From: an uncultured Planctomycetota bacterium
GTDB lineage: Bacteria > Planctomycetota > Planctomycetia > Isosphaerales > Isosphaeraceae
Direction of reading: 5' to 3'
Assembly: GCA_963845755.1 (NCBI GenBank)
Contig: CAWJTV010000011.1
Span: 416,001-480,000, forward strand
DNA: 64,000 nucleotides
Made by a program: the position numbers and the translations under genes. Positions 54,256 to 64,000 of the stretch are shown here, in pieces. Every line of letters starts with the position of its first letter. The first letter of the stretch is position 1. The notes below the pieces were generated by a model. That model saw nothing but the letters and a program-made list of their open reading frames with translations, was not told the origin of the DNA and ran no database searches.

Positions 54256-56596
54256 ATGATGTCTTCGGTCCGAGCGGGCCTGGTGTCGATCCTCTGTGGT
54301 ACCCTCGGCTTGATCGCGATCGGCGCGTCGGGCGATGAGCCGGATCAAGGCCGCGCCGTCGGACCGGCCCCGAAGTCGTTGATCGTGTGTGCCGTACCGG
54401 CCTCGATGCCGCGGACGGGGAAAGCTCCGGACGGGAAGCCGATGGGCCTGGATACGGCCGTGGCCGAGCGGGTGGGTCGCGTACTGGGCCGGCCGGTTGA
54501 GTTCCACTGGTGCGCCAGCGCCGCCTGTTCCTGGCATTGTCTCCCCGAAGGGCGATGTGACGTCGTCGCCGGTCAGCCGGCCGACTCCGCGCCGCCGCGC
54601 ACGGCAGCCTGGAGCGTACCCTATGCCGGCGCCCAGTTCGGGCTGGTCGTGCCCAGCGACGATCGGGGCATTCGCGCGCTGGCCGACCTCCGCGGCAAGC
54701 GGGTCGGGATCGTGGCCGGCACCGTCGCACTCTCGGAGAAGGATCACGCGATCGTCCGGTTTCGATCGCGCGAGGAGTTGCTCGATCAGTTCGCGCCGAC
54801 AAAACTGGACGCCGCATTCCTCGACGCCGACTTCGCCGCCTGGTACCTGCGCGACCACCCCAAGCTCGCGCTGCGGCTCGTCGCGGAGTATATGCCTCGC
54901 GAGCGCTGGAATATGGCGCTGGCGGTCCGGCCCACGGATGCACAGCTCCTGGTGGACCTCAACCGGGCGCTGGCCCATCTTGCCGAGTCGGGCGAGCTGC
55001 GGAAGATCTACGCCGAGCACGGTGTGCCGTTCCGTCCCCCGTACACAGGGACCGGCCGCCAGAAGGATGTCTCCCCGGACACCTGGCGACGCGTCCGCGA
55101 ACGCGGCGAGCTGGTCGTGAGCATGGACCCCGCCAATCTGCCCTACTCGAGTGCCAAGGACGATCGCCCGGGTTTCGATGTCGAGCTGGCGCGGGCCCTG
55201 GCCGATCGGCTTCACCTCAAGCTCCGGATCGAATGGCTGGACATTCATCACGAAACCCCGGTGGGTGAGCTGATCCAGGACCGTTGCGACCTCGTCTTCG
55301 GCGAGGCCATCGACACCAACGCCGTCGCCGACGACGAGCCGCTGGCCGGCAAGGTCCTCTATTCGCGGCCCTATTATCGGACCGGCTACGTCCTCGTCCG
55401 CCGCAAGGATGGCCCGCGTGCCGGTTCGCTGGCCGAACTCAAGGGAGCGCAGGTCGCAGCGTCTGGGCACCGAGGCCGGCTCGATCGCCGATTACCAGCT
55501 TCGCCAGCGGGGCTATCTGCGCCGCCTCTACCGCAACCAGTTGGCCGTCCTCACGGCGCTGGGCGACGGCGACATCGACTTCGCCTACCTCTGGGCCAAT
55601 GCCGGCTGGACCTTGCACGTCTCGCCGGACCTGAGAGGGAAGCTGGAGATCGTCCCGGGCTTCGAGGCGGTGGACTGCTGGAACATCGCGGTCGCCATGC
55701 GCCGGGGAGACGACGAACTGAAGCGCCAGGTCGACGCGGCACTCGGCGGGCTGATCGCCGACGGTACCATAGCCCGCACCCTGGCCCACTACCACGTGCC
55801 GCACCAGCCGCCCCCCGGAGAGCCCGCGATCGAACACGGAGCGACCAGCCGGGGCCGCGAGCCGGACATGCGGAAGATCCAGACGTCCAAGCATCCGTAT
55901 TCCACAATGGCTCGGATCCACTCGGCGGGCGCACTGGTCGTCGGCCTGGACCAGAACAACCTGCCGTTCTCGACGGCCCACCCCGCGCCCGCGGGCCTCG
56001 ACTACGAGATCGCCGGCCTGCTCGCCGGGCAGCTCGGCGTCTCGCTCCGGGTGTACTGGGCGTATTCCGCGCACGACTCGTATCCGTCGAAGCTGGCGGC
56101 CAAGCAGCTCTGTGACGTGATCCTCGGCATCATGCCCGACGACCGCTTCGCGGAGCGCGTCCTCTACTCGCGGCCGTATCATGTCGCGCGCTACCGGCTG
56201 GCCATTCGATCCGGCGAAAAACCGCCCACGGCCCAGACCCCGCTGGCGGTCGAGGAGGGGATCGCGGTTCGCGGGCTCGCGGGACGCACGGTCCATCGCT
56301 ATCCTAGCACCGAGGTACTCCTGGATGCCGTCGCGACCGGTCGCGAGCCCGCGGGCTACGTCATCGCGACCCGCGGGCCCTGGCTGGCCCACCAACGCTG
56401 GCCGGGTAGGCTGGAATTCCTCCCCGCACCCGATTCGCCCGACGCGTTCCCCATCACCGCGGCGGTCCGCAAGTCGGATCGCGAGCTGAAGGACGCCATC
56501 GACCGAGCCTGGGACGAGCTGGATCGTACGGGGCGGTTGGCCAAGGTGTTTGCGCGCTGGCACGTGCCCTACGAGCGGCCGGCGGGTGGCGAGTGA
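54256..56596 (+). CDS. MxaJ/XoxJ-like periplasmic binding protein with three tandem SBP domains; frameshift near 55450
   Basis: Three repeats of V..(D)P.(N)LP(F/Y)S...G(F/L)D.E.A..LA..L....W ... CD.V.G ... (R)PY. Confidence 0.8.
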
Positions 56597-56626
56597 CGGC
56601 GGGAAATCGAGGAAAGAGTCATCGTC

Positions 56627-57484
56627 GTGAAACGATCTGCACCCAGGCAGGCGGGACATCCCTGGTCCGCGGTAGGAGCCAGCTTGCTGCTCGGGGCCGG
56701 GATGTTCGCCCTCGCCGGCACCGGTCAGATTCCCGGAGCGGCCCAGCCGACGGGCGCCGTCGCCCCGACAACCCCCGACCCGGCAGCATTGGCGGAGGGT
56801 CAAGCGCTCTTCCGTGGCCTGTGCAGCGGCTGCCACGGCGGCGCCGGCCGTGGCGGCAAGGGGCCCGACCTGACCGATGACAAGTGGCTCCATGGCGGCA
56901 GCGACGCCGAGATTGTCCGCACGATCCAGAACGGCGTGCCCAATACCACCATGAAGAAGCTCGGCGACGCGCTCAAGCCGGACCAGATCCACAAGGTGAT
57001 CCTCTACATCCGCAGCCTGGCCCGTTCGCCTTCGGAGTCCACCTGGAAGCCGTACCTCTCCGGCGATCCGAAGGCGGGCCGGAAGCTCTTCTTCGACCTC
57101 CAGGGGAAGGCCCAGTGTGCCCGGTGCCATGTCATCGGCGGCGAGGGCGGACGCATCGGGCCAGGACTCGACCGCATCGCCGGCCGGCGCGCCCCCGAGT
57201 ACATCATGGAATCGATCCTCGAGCCCTCCAAGGACATCGCCCCGGAGTACGAGGCCGTCGCCGTGGCCACAAAGGAGGGCCGCGTCATCACTGGAATCCG
57301 GATCAACGAGACGAACTTCGGCATCCAGCTTCGCGAGGAGAACGGCCGGTTCCACTCGCTTCGCAAACGCGACCTCGACGAAGTCCAGGTCATGAAGAAG
57401 TCGCTGATGCCTGAGAACCTCGCCGAGTTGCTGACCGTCAAGGAGCTGCATGATCTGTTCGCCTATCTGATGACATTGGAATAG
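56627..57484 (+). CDS. Diheme c-type cytochrome
   Basis: CSGCH and CARCH; GP.LD, SILEPS..I.P.Y and SLMP..L motifs. Confidence 0.9.
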   Translation: MKRSAPRQAGHPWSAVGASLLLGAGMFALAGTGQIPGAAQPTGAVAPTTPDPAALAEGQALFRGLCSGCHGGAGRGGKGPDLTDDKWLHGGSDAEIVRTIQNGVPNTTMKKLGDALKPDQIHKVILYIRSLARSPSESTWKPYLSGDPKAGRKLFFDLQGKAQCARCHVIGGEGGRIGPGLDRIAGRRAPEYIMESILEPSKDIAPEYEAVAVATKEGRVITGIRINETNFGIQLREENGRFHSLRKRDLDEVQVMKKSLMPENLAELLTVKELHDLFAYLMTLE

Positions 57485-57493
57485 GCCCATTTC

Positions 57494-57898
57494 TCATGCC
57501 GGCTGGGTGGAGACCTGGCGCCAGACGGCCAGCCAACGGTTATCCCGCTTCTCAAGGACAAAGACGTCGCGGCCGGTCTCCCTATTGACCTTGCCCTCGA
57601 TCGTGTACTCGATCTCGAAGGGATAACTCACCACAGCTACTGTCTCGTAGACGTCAACTTGCGGGTCCGATTCCCGGTAAGACGCCACGGATGCGTACTC
57701 GCAGAAACCTCGATAACTGGCCACACACTTCTCCTTCCCTTCCACGAATCGTCGGCCGTCGGGGCCGATGATGACCATGCGGTCGTGGAACAGTTCGGAG
57801 AGCTGTTCCGGTTGTCCCTCGCGCCAGGCGGCGTTGATCCGTCGCACAACATCCCAGGCTTCCTTCTGGGCCGCGGTCTTCAGGTCATCCATCGCCAT
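57494..57898 (-). CDS. NTF2-like / DUF4440 protein
   Basis: SnoaL-like pattern ending ...GRDVFVL.K....W.AVWR. Confidence 0.8.
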   Translation of the reverse strand: MAMDDLKTAAQKEAWDVVRRINAAWREGQPEQLSELFHDRMVIIGPDGRRFVEGKEKCVASYRGFCEYASVASYRESDPQVDVYETVAVVSYPFEIEYTIEGKVNRETGRDVFVLEKRDNRWLAVWRQVSTQPA

Positions 57899-57948
57899 TG
57901 CTCCTCCAAGTCAACAAGGACACGTGGTGAGTCCGGCCGGCTCCTGGC

Positions 57949-59224
57949 CTACTGCCTCGGCCCGCGCAGATTCGCTTCGAACTCGATCGCCTGTCCCGGC
58001 ACGAGGCGGTCGCATGCGATGGTGAGCTTCGGCGCGGTGCCGCCGGCCGGGATCTCGTCCGTCCGGGATTCACCGGGGAACAGTCCCTTGAGCGACCGCT
58101 CGGCGCGGACGCCGTCGACCGCGAGATAGGCGTCGTGATAGATCGGGGCGACGCCCGAGTTGGTGACGGTGACGCGCGACCGCGACGCACCGGCCTCGAA
58201 CTTCAGGATGCGGAACTTGTAGCCGCAGGCCAGCCCCGCCTCGCGGATGCGGTCCAGCTTCTGATACTTCGGCTGGTCGTTGGCGATCATGAAGGTGATG
58301 TGGAAGTCCGCCGCGGCCTTCTCGAAGGGGATGCCGTGCGGGCCGTCGGCCGCCAGCGCCTGCTTCTGATCGCGAGTCGTGTAGTAACTGATCTCGCCAC
58401 CGGCCGGCGCGCGCCTCCACCGATCGCGCCCCAGGACATTCCAGTTCGGCTCGTTCTCCTCCGCATGTTGCTGGCACAGGAACGAATCATCGAAGACGCC
58501 GAATGGGATCTTCAGGAGTTCCGGATTCGTGGCGAACGGCGCCCGCGACGCGGCGGCCGCGTCAACCGAGATCATCCAGGGCGTCTTCCGGAAGACCCGG
58601 CCCAGGTGGCGGGCGAAGGCAGACTGGAACGACTTGTCCGGAAAAGTCTTTCCCAGCATCATCGGCCCGCTGTAGATGTGATACTCGGCCCAGAGTCCAA
58701 ACCCCGTCTCGACGAAGGCCAGTCGGGGATCGTTGTCGTACCGCGCCGCCAGCTTCTCGTAGAACTCGAGCGTGAATTCCTGGAGTCCCCGGTGCGACCA
58801 GTCCGGAAAGGTGGTCGGCTTCTCCTCGCTCCGACCGCGCGTCTCGTGATAGTCGGGGAGGGCCTTGATGTAGCCGGGGACCGTCGTCGGATTCCCGGGG
58901 TAGACGAAGTAGAACCGCACGATGGCCTGGTGCCTCCGCGGCGACCCGCTCCAGCAGCCGGTCCATCACGCTCCAGTCATATTGGCCGCGCTCGGTCACG
59001 ATGTCGCCGTATTTCATGTAACGGTACTCGAGCTGGATCGAGGCCGTGCGGTTGTGCTCCGACGTGCTCCAGAACACGAGCCCCGTCATCGGCTGTACGT
59101 GGGTGATCCGGCTGATCAGTGGCACGGGTGCGAACCGTTCCTGGGCCCGGCAGTCCCGCGAGATGAACAGGCTGGCGAGGAACAGGATCGACGCAGGAAT
59201 GGCGATGGTGTTGATACGTCTCAT
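57949..59224 (-). CDS. DUF4832 domain secreted protein (glycoside hydrolase-like); frameshift near 58935
   Basis: QPMTGLV.W, GFGLWAEYH, GGEISYY, CGY.F and N.GVAPIY.DA motifs. Confidence 0.75.
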
Positions 59225-59401
59225 CGTGTTATCCATCCGAGTGTGAAGTCGCGTTAAGACGCCGCGATGGGGCCTTTCGCTCCTGTTCGACAGCCGACGA
59301 GGCTGATAGAATCCAGTTCGACCCAGGGGGAATTCCCGCCGGATTGTACCCTGGCTGTCCGGCTGGGGCCGAGACCACCGTTTTTCCGATTGAGTCGCAC
59401 C

Positions 59402-60169
59402 ATGAGCAGCGTCTTCTTGATTCCGATGGGTGTGGGCGAGGCATTCTCGGCCCGGCACTACACTTCGTGCCTGGCGCTGGGGATCGACGACCATTGGCTG
59501 TTGATCGATTGCCCGCATCCAGTGCGGAAGATGCTGCGCGAGGGGTCGATGACGGCCGGTCTCTCGACACCGCTGGACCTCGACCGGATCGACGCCGCCG
59601 TGGTCACCCACCTGCACGCCGATCACTCCTGCGGCCTGGAGGACTTCGGTTATTTTACCTGGCTTGCGATGGGCCGGCGGGCGAAGCTGCTGATGCATCC
59701 CGCGGCCTCGGACCGCCTCTGGGATGGCTTGCTGGGCGCCGGGATGGAGCATTCCCAGGTGAACCCCGATGCGCCGCCGATCCGGAAGCAACTGGCTGAT
59801 TTCTTCGAGCTGATCGACCTGGACGCGTCGCGACCGGTAACGTGCGGGCCGTTCGCGATCGAGTGCCGCCGGACCATCCACAGCGTGCCGACCTTTGCCA
59901 TGCGAATCGCGGCCGGAGGGCGCGTGCTCGGCTTCAGCGCCGATACGGCTTATGACCCGGGACTGATCGAATGGCTCTCCGCCGCCGACCTGATCGTCCA
60001 TGAGGCGACGACGCTCTCCCAATCCCCCGTGCACACCCCTTATGAGAAGCTGGCCGCGCTGCCGGGATCGCTCCGCGCGAAGATGCGGATCACCCATCTC
60101 CCCGACGATTTCGACGCGGATTCCAGCGCGATCGAAGTCCTCCGCGAGGGACGAATATACGAAGTTTGA
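59402..60169 (+). CDS. MBL-fold hydrolase, RNase Z-like
   Basis: G.GEAFS, THLHADH, H.VPT, SADT and HEA motifs. Confidence 0.88.
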   Translation: MSSVFLIPMGVGEAFSARHYTSCLALGIDDHWLLIDCPHPVRKMLREGSMTAGLSTPLDLDRIDAAVVTHLHADHSCGLEDFGYFTWLAMGRRAKLLMHPAASDRLWDGLLGAGMEHSQVNPDAPPIRKQLADFFELIDLDASRPVTCGPFAIECRRTIHSVPTFAMRIAAGGRVLGFSADTAYDPGLIEWLSAADLIVHEATTLSQSPVHTPYEKLAALPGSLRAKMRITHLPDDFDADSSAIEVLREGRIYEV

Positions 60170-60216
60170 CTCAAAGGGGATCACCACGACGATCAATCTC
60201 CAAAGGAACTCGTATC

Positions 60217-60936
60217 ATGGGCCTGGATACCGTCGAGCTTGTCATGACCGTCGAAGAAGCCTTTGACATCACCATCCCCGACGCGGATGCCGAGCGGATC
60301 CTCACGGTGGAGAACTTGTATCATTACATCCTGTTCACGTTGCGAGGAGAGGACCAGGAAACGGGGCACTGTCTCAGCGCCGCGACGTACTACCGATTGC
60401 GGCGCGCCGTGATGCGGAGTTTCCGCATCCCTCGACGCACGGTTCGACCCGACAGCCCGATGGAGAGTCTCATCCCGGTGCACGATCGAAAATCGGAGTG
60501 GAAGCGGCTGGGCGAGAGCCTCGGCTGGGAGCTGCCGGGGCTGGTCCGGCCCGGCTGGGTCGCGTACGCGTTCATCGGACTCCTCGTCGTCTGGTTGGGA
60601 ATCGTGTGGCTCGCCTGGGCCCGGCTAGCGGATTCCGACATCGGTGCTATCCTTCCCATGGGCGTCGGTTTCGTCATCGGCGCCGTGCTATGGGGTTTCG
60701 TGGTCCTCGAGCTCACGAAGCCGTTCGCCGTCCACGTCCAGCCGGCCACGGTGAGGGACATGGTTCCACTGATCCTGAGGACGAATTTCGGGAGGATCAG
60801 CGGCGACGATCCCCCAGGCTGGAACCGAGGCGACGTCTGGGGAGTCCTCAAGGCCATCGTCGCCGAGCAAGCGGGCGTATCCGCCGAGCGGATCACCGAA
60901 TCGACCAGATTCGTGGACGACCTGGGGATGGATTGA
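60217..60936 (+). CDS. Circularly permuted acyl-carrier-protein-like protein with TM hairpin
   Basis: Starts [22 protein letters not shown]; ends [11 protein letters not shown]...I...[10 protein letters not shown]; two TM helices in between. Confidence 0.75.
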   Translation: MGLDTVELVMTVEEAFDITIPDADAERILTVENLYHYILFTLRGEDQETGHCLSAATYYRLRRAVMRSFRIPRRTVRPDSPMESLIPVHDRKSEWKRLGESLGWELPGLVRPGWVAYAFIGLLVVWLGIVWLAWARLADSDIGAILPMGVGFVIGAVLWGFVVLELTKPFAVHVQPATVRDMVPLILRTNFGRISGDDPPGWNRGDVWGVLKAIVAEQAGVSAERITESTRFVDDLGMD

Positions 60937-61031
60937 GCGATGTCGCCCCGGATCTGCGCAGGACGCCCACGACAGATCGATAGATATGGGTCTACATGGG
61001 ATTTTAATTTATATATCCGATGGGAATCATA

Positions 61032-62831
61032 ATGAATGGAAATATCGACATGCACATGGTCGTGACGCTGGCCGTGCTGGCCGGGTTGCTCTATGGGCTG
61101 GTGAAGGACAAGCCCGCCGACGTGCTGTTCGTGGGGGCGGTGGTGTTCCTGGCGGCGTTCGGGGTAATCGGGCCAGAGGAGGCATTCGCCGGGTTCGCCA
61201 ACTCGGGGATGCTGATCGTGGCCGCGTTGTTCGTCGTGGCAGCGGGGCTGCGCGAGACGGGCGTGATGGAATACGTCGGCGACCGGTTCCTGGGCAAGGT
61301 CGAGACCGAGGGCACGGCCTTGCTCCTGATGGCGATCGTGCTGATCCCGTCGGCCATGGTGCTGAACAATACGCCGAAGGTGGCGCTCTTGGTCCCGGTG
61401 CTGATCACCTGGTGCCGCAAGCGCCGGATCTCCCCGTCGCGGCTCCTGATGCCGCTGTCGTTCCTGTCGATCCTGGGAGGCACCTGCTCGCTGATCGGCA
61501 CGAGCACGAACCTGGTCGTCCAGGGGCTCCTGATCAAGAGCCATCTTCGACCGATGGGATTCTTCGAGATCGGGGCGGTGGGCCTGCCGTGCGCACTGCT
61601 CGGTGCCATCTATCTCCTGACCCTGGGCCGTAAACTCCTGCCGGACCGCAAGGACCTGATCGAGCAGCTCGAGGAGACCCGTCGGGAGTACCTGGTCGAG
61701 ATGATGGTGCAGCCGGGATGTCGACTGGTGGGCAAGACGATCGCGGATGCGGGCCTGCGGCACCTGCCGGGCCTGTTCCTGATCGAGATCGACCGCGACG
61801 GGGATGTCATCGGACCGGCCGGGCCGGAGGAGGTGGTCCAGGCCAACGACCGGCTGGTCTTCACCGGGGTCGTGGGCACGATCGTCAACCTGGAGAAGAT
61901 CCCCGGCCTGGTGCCGGCAGTCGATGCCCGATATGAGGTCTCGCCGGTCGAGCAGCGCGGCCGTCAGCTCTGCGAGGCGGTCATCAGCCCGAGCTCGCCC
62001 CTGCTCGGCAAGGCGGTGCGCGACGCCGACTTCCGCGCCCTGTATGATGCGGCGATCGTGGCGGTACACCGCAACGGGTCGCGGCTGACCAACAAGGTCG
62101 GCGACATCCGCCTGCACGCCGGCGACACGCTGCTCCTGCAAGTGGGCCCGGATTTCACCCGGGCCTTCCGGAACAACCCGGACTTCTATCTGGTCAGCGA
62201 CGTCGAGGACTCGCGTCCGATCCGCTATGACCGGGCCTGGCTCGCCGCGGGCATCTTCCTGATCATGATCACGGCGTTCGTCAGCGGTCGGGCGAACATC
62301 ATGCTGGCGGCCTTCCTGGCCGCCGGGGCGATGATCGCCGCCCGCTGCATCTCGCCCGCCGATGCGCGGCGGTCGGTCGACCTGCCTGTCTTGATCGCGA
62401 TCGCCGCATCGTTCGGCGTCGGCAAGGCGCTCGAGCAGTCCGGCGTGGCCAGGCTGTTCGCCGGGATGCTCGTGGAGGCCACACAGGCTTGGGGACCCAC
62501 GGCGACCCTGGCGGCGATCTACTTCGGCACCATGGTCCTCAACGAGCTGATCAGCAACAATGCGGCGGCGGCGCTGTCGTTCCCGTTCTGCCTCGAGTCG
62601 GCCAAGCTGATGGGCGTCAGCGAGCGTCCATTCATCATGGCCGTGACCCTGGCCGCCTCGTACGCGTTCGCCTCGCCGATCGGCTATCAGACCCACATGA
62701 TGGTCTTCGGGCCCGGCGGCTATCGCTTCACCGACTTCATGCGCGTCGGCATCCCCCTGAACCTCCTCATGTGCATCGTCGCCGTGGTGCTCATTCCCTG
62801 GATCTGGCCGTTTCATGTGTCGGTCCCATAA
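61032..62831 (+). CDS. SLC13 family permease with two TrkA-C domains
   Basis: GFAN, NNTP, GGTCSLIGTSTN and SPIGYQT...V.GPGGYRF.DF motifs. Confidence 0.93.
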   Translation: MNGNIDMHMVVTLAVLAGLLYGLVKDKPADVLFVGAVVFLAAFGVIGPEEAFAGFANSGMLIVAALFVVAAGLRETGVMEYVGDRFLGKVETEGTALLLMAIVLIPSAMVLNNTPKVALLVPVLITWCRKRRISPSRLLMPLSFLSILGGTCSLIGTSTNLVVQGLLIKSHLRPMGFFEIGAVGLPCALLGAIYLLTLGRKLLPDRKDLIEQLEETRREYLVEMMVQPGCRLVGKTIADAGLRHLPGLFLIEIDRDGDVIGPAGPEEVVQANDRLVFTGVVGTIVNLEKIPGLVPAVDARYEVSPVEQRGRQLCEAVISPSSPLLGKAVRDADFRALYDAAIVAVHRNGSRLTNKVGDIRLHAGDTLLLQVGPDFTRAFRNNPDFYLVSDVEDSRPIRYDRAWLAAGIFLIMITAFVSGRANIMLAAFLAAGAMIAARCISPADARRSVDLPVLIAIAASFGVGKALEQSGVARLFAGMLVEATQAWGPTATLAAIYFGTMVLNELISNNAAAALSFPFCLESAKLMGVSERPFIMAVTLAASYAFASPIGYQTHMMVFGPGGYRFTDFMRVGIPLNLLMCIVAVVLIPWIWPFHVSVP

Positions 62832-62861
62832 GATCACTTTACCTGATATCAGGCGACAACC

Positions 62862-63317
62862 ATGCGCCGACTCCATCTTGCCGTGGGACTGATTGCACTG
62901 GGGGCGTTCCTCGCCAGCGGCTTTTATCTCCGCTGGGGCCCCGATCAGGTGCCGACGCTCGACGACGCAACGCGCCTGTTGTTTCGCTCGTCCCATATCT
63001 ACCTGCTGTTCTCCGCACTGTTGAATGTGGTGCTCGGGTTGTATAGCGAGCCGGCTCCGGGTGGTTGGCGGTTGTGGCTGCGTCGGGCGGGATCTCTGCT
63101 GGTGCTGGTGGCTCCCGTGCTCCTGGGGATGGCGTTCCTCCGCGAGCCCTGGCTGACGGGCCTGGCCCGGCCGTACGCGAAGACCGCGGTCGTCGGCAGC
63201 GTCGTCGGGGTGCTCTGCCACCTGGCGAGCCAGACGCGCGCCGGTCCTCGGCCGTCAACGTCGAGTCCTACGCTCGTCGCTCCTGCAGGAGGGGACCCCG
63301 AGCATGACGTCGGCTAG
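62862..63317 (+). CDS. Hypothetical 4-TM membrane protein
   Basis: RR.HL..G, RS.HIYLL motif; hydrophobic helices. Confidence 0.75.
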   Translation: MRRLHLAVGLIALGAFLASGFYLRWGPDQVPTLDDATRLLFRSSHIYLLFSALLNVVLGLYSEPAPGGWRLWLRRAGSLLVLVAPVLLGMAFLREPWLTGLARPYAKTAVVGSVVGVLCHLASQTRAGPRPSTSSPTLVAPAGGDPEHDVG

Positions 63318-64000
63318 CCGCGATCGAACCGCACGCCTCTCATGGCGTTGCTCGGGCCGCCGCCAGGCCGAGCGACGAACGCCGCATGTTCGGGCGTGGC
63401 GCAGCCGAGGTCGACCACGGCGCGAAGCCGCTTTCTGTCGCCCGCCAGGAGCGCGACTGGGTCGAGCCAAAGGCCGGGGAAGACCTCCGAGCGATAGATG
63501 CCGTCAGTGCCGGGCTCCAGGTCGTCGAAGCGACCGTTACGAAGGACAAACCAGAAGACCTCGTCCGGCTCGACGGCGCGAACGATGTATTCCAGCACCC
63601 CAGCCCGCTCATAGTCCTCCAGCTTCGGTCCCAGGTTGACGTACCGGGTCGCCTTCGAGACCTCGACAACCAGCTCCGGCGCGTCGTGGATGTAGCCCTT
63701 GCTGTCGCGGCTCCGGCCGCCGTACTCCGGCAGGATGCGCAACTGCACATCGGGCTGGGGCTCGCTCCGGAAGCTCAGGATCGTCGAGGTATCGATCAGT
63801 GTCTCGATACCAGGGGTGTTCTCCGAATAATAGTCGAGCCAGCCATATGCGGGACCATGGGCACGACCGTGCTCGAGACGCACAGGGCTGGGCATATAGA
63901 CGACTCCATTGATCAGCTCGGCCCGGGTGCCGGGCGGCATCGCCTCGTAGCGCGCGTGGAACGTGGGCTGATCGAGCCGCTGGCCTTCGATCAGAGGCGG
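63314..64000 (-). CDS. Uma2 family endonuclease; 5' end outside the window
   Basis: AELINGVV.M.SP, PQPD, APELVVEVS, K..DYE.AGV.EY and S.VFPGLWLD motifs. Confidence 0.92.
   Translation of the reverse strand, partial: PPLIEGQRLDQPTFHARYEAMPPGTRAELINGVVYMPSPVRLEHGRAHGPAYGWLDYYSENTPGIETLIDTSTILSFRSEPQPDVQLRILPEYGGRSRDSKGYIHDAPELVVEVSKATRYVNLGPKLEDYERAGVLEYIVRAVEPDEVFWFVLRNGRFDDLEPGTDGIYRSEVFPGLWLDPVALLAGDRKRLRAVVDLGCATPEHAAFVARPGGGPSNAMRGVRFDRG

Noticed and set aside
52978..57490. 830-aa and 683-aa minus-strand ORFs
   Set aside because: Shadows of the PQQ dehydrogenase cluster.
60390..63221. 943-aa minus-strand ORF
   Set aside because: Antisense shadow of the SLC13 permease in high-GC DNA.

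Overview
High-GC bacterial chromosomal window, very likely Planctomycetota (Isosphaeraceae-like): it carries DUF1559, DUF4058, Uma2, a planctomycete-type ECF sigma/Ser-Thr kinase/WD40 module and planctomycete-type short intergenic repeats. Many genes show single-base frameshifts, probably long-read assembly errors, so several CDS calls are stitched across ORFs. Housekeeping and metabolic genes include asnB, aroF, nth/ung, hpt, GT4 glycosyltransferases, a ClC channel and an SLC13 permease. Most interesting: (1) a lower-GC three-gene unit at about 37.9-40.7 kb encoding a probable prokaryotic COMMD-like protein, an all-helical unknown and a permuted papain-like enzyme; (2) a lanthanide-type PQQ dehydrogenase cluster with a triple-domain MxaJ/XoxJ-like protein and a diheme cytochrome c; (3) a circularly permuted, membrane-anchored ACP-like protein; (4) an in-frame Nth-Ung fusion followed by an HNH protein; (5) two inverted, diverged copies of a 152-bp TIR-bounded element flanking a REP-like hairpin; (6) an AAA-ATPase/DUF4276 pair. 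No rRNA, tRNA, CRISPR array or transposase was recognised. All family calls come from motif recognition by eye, not from database searches.
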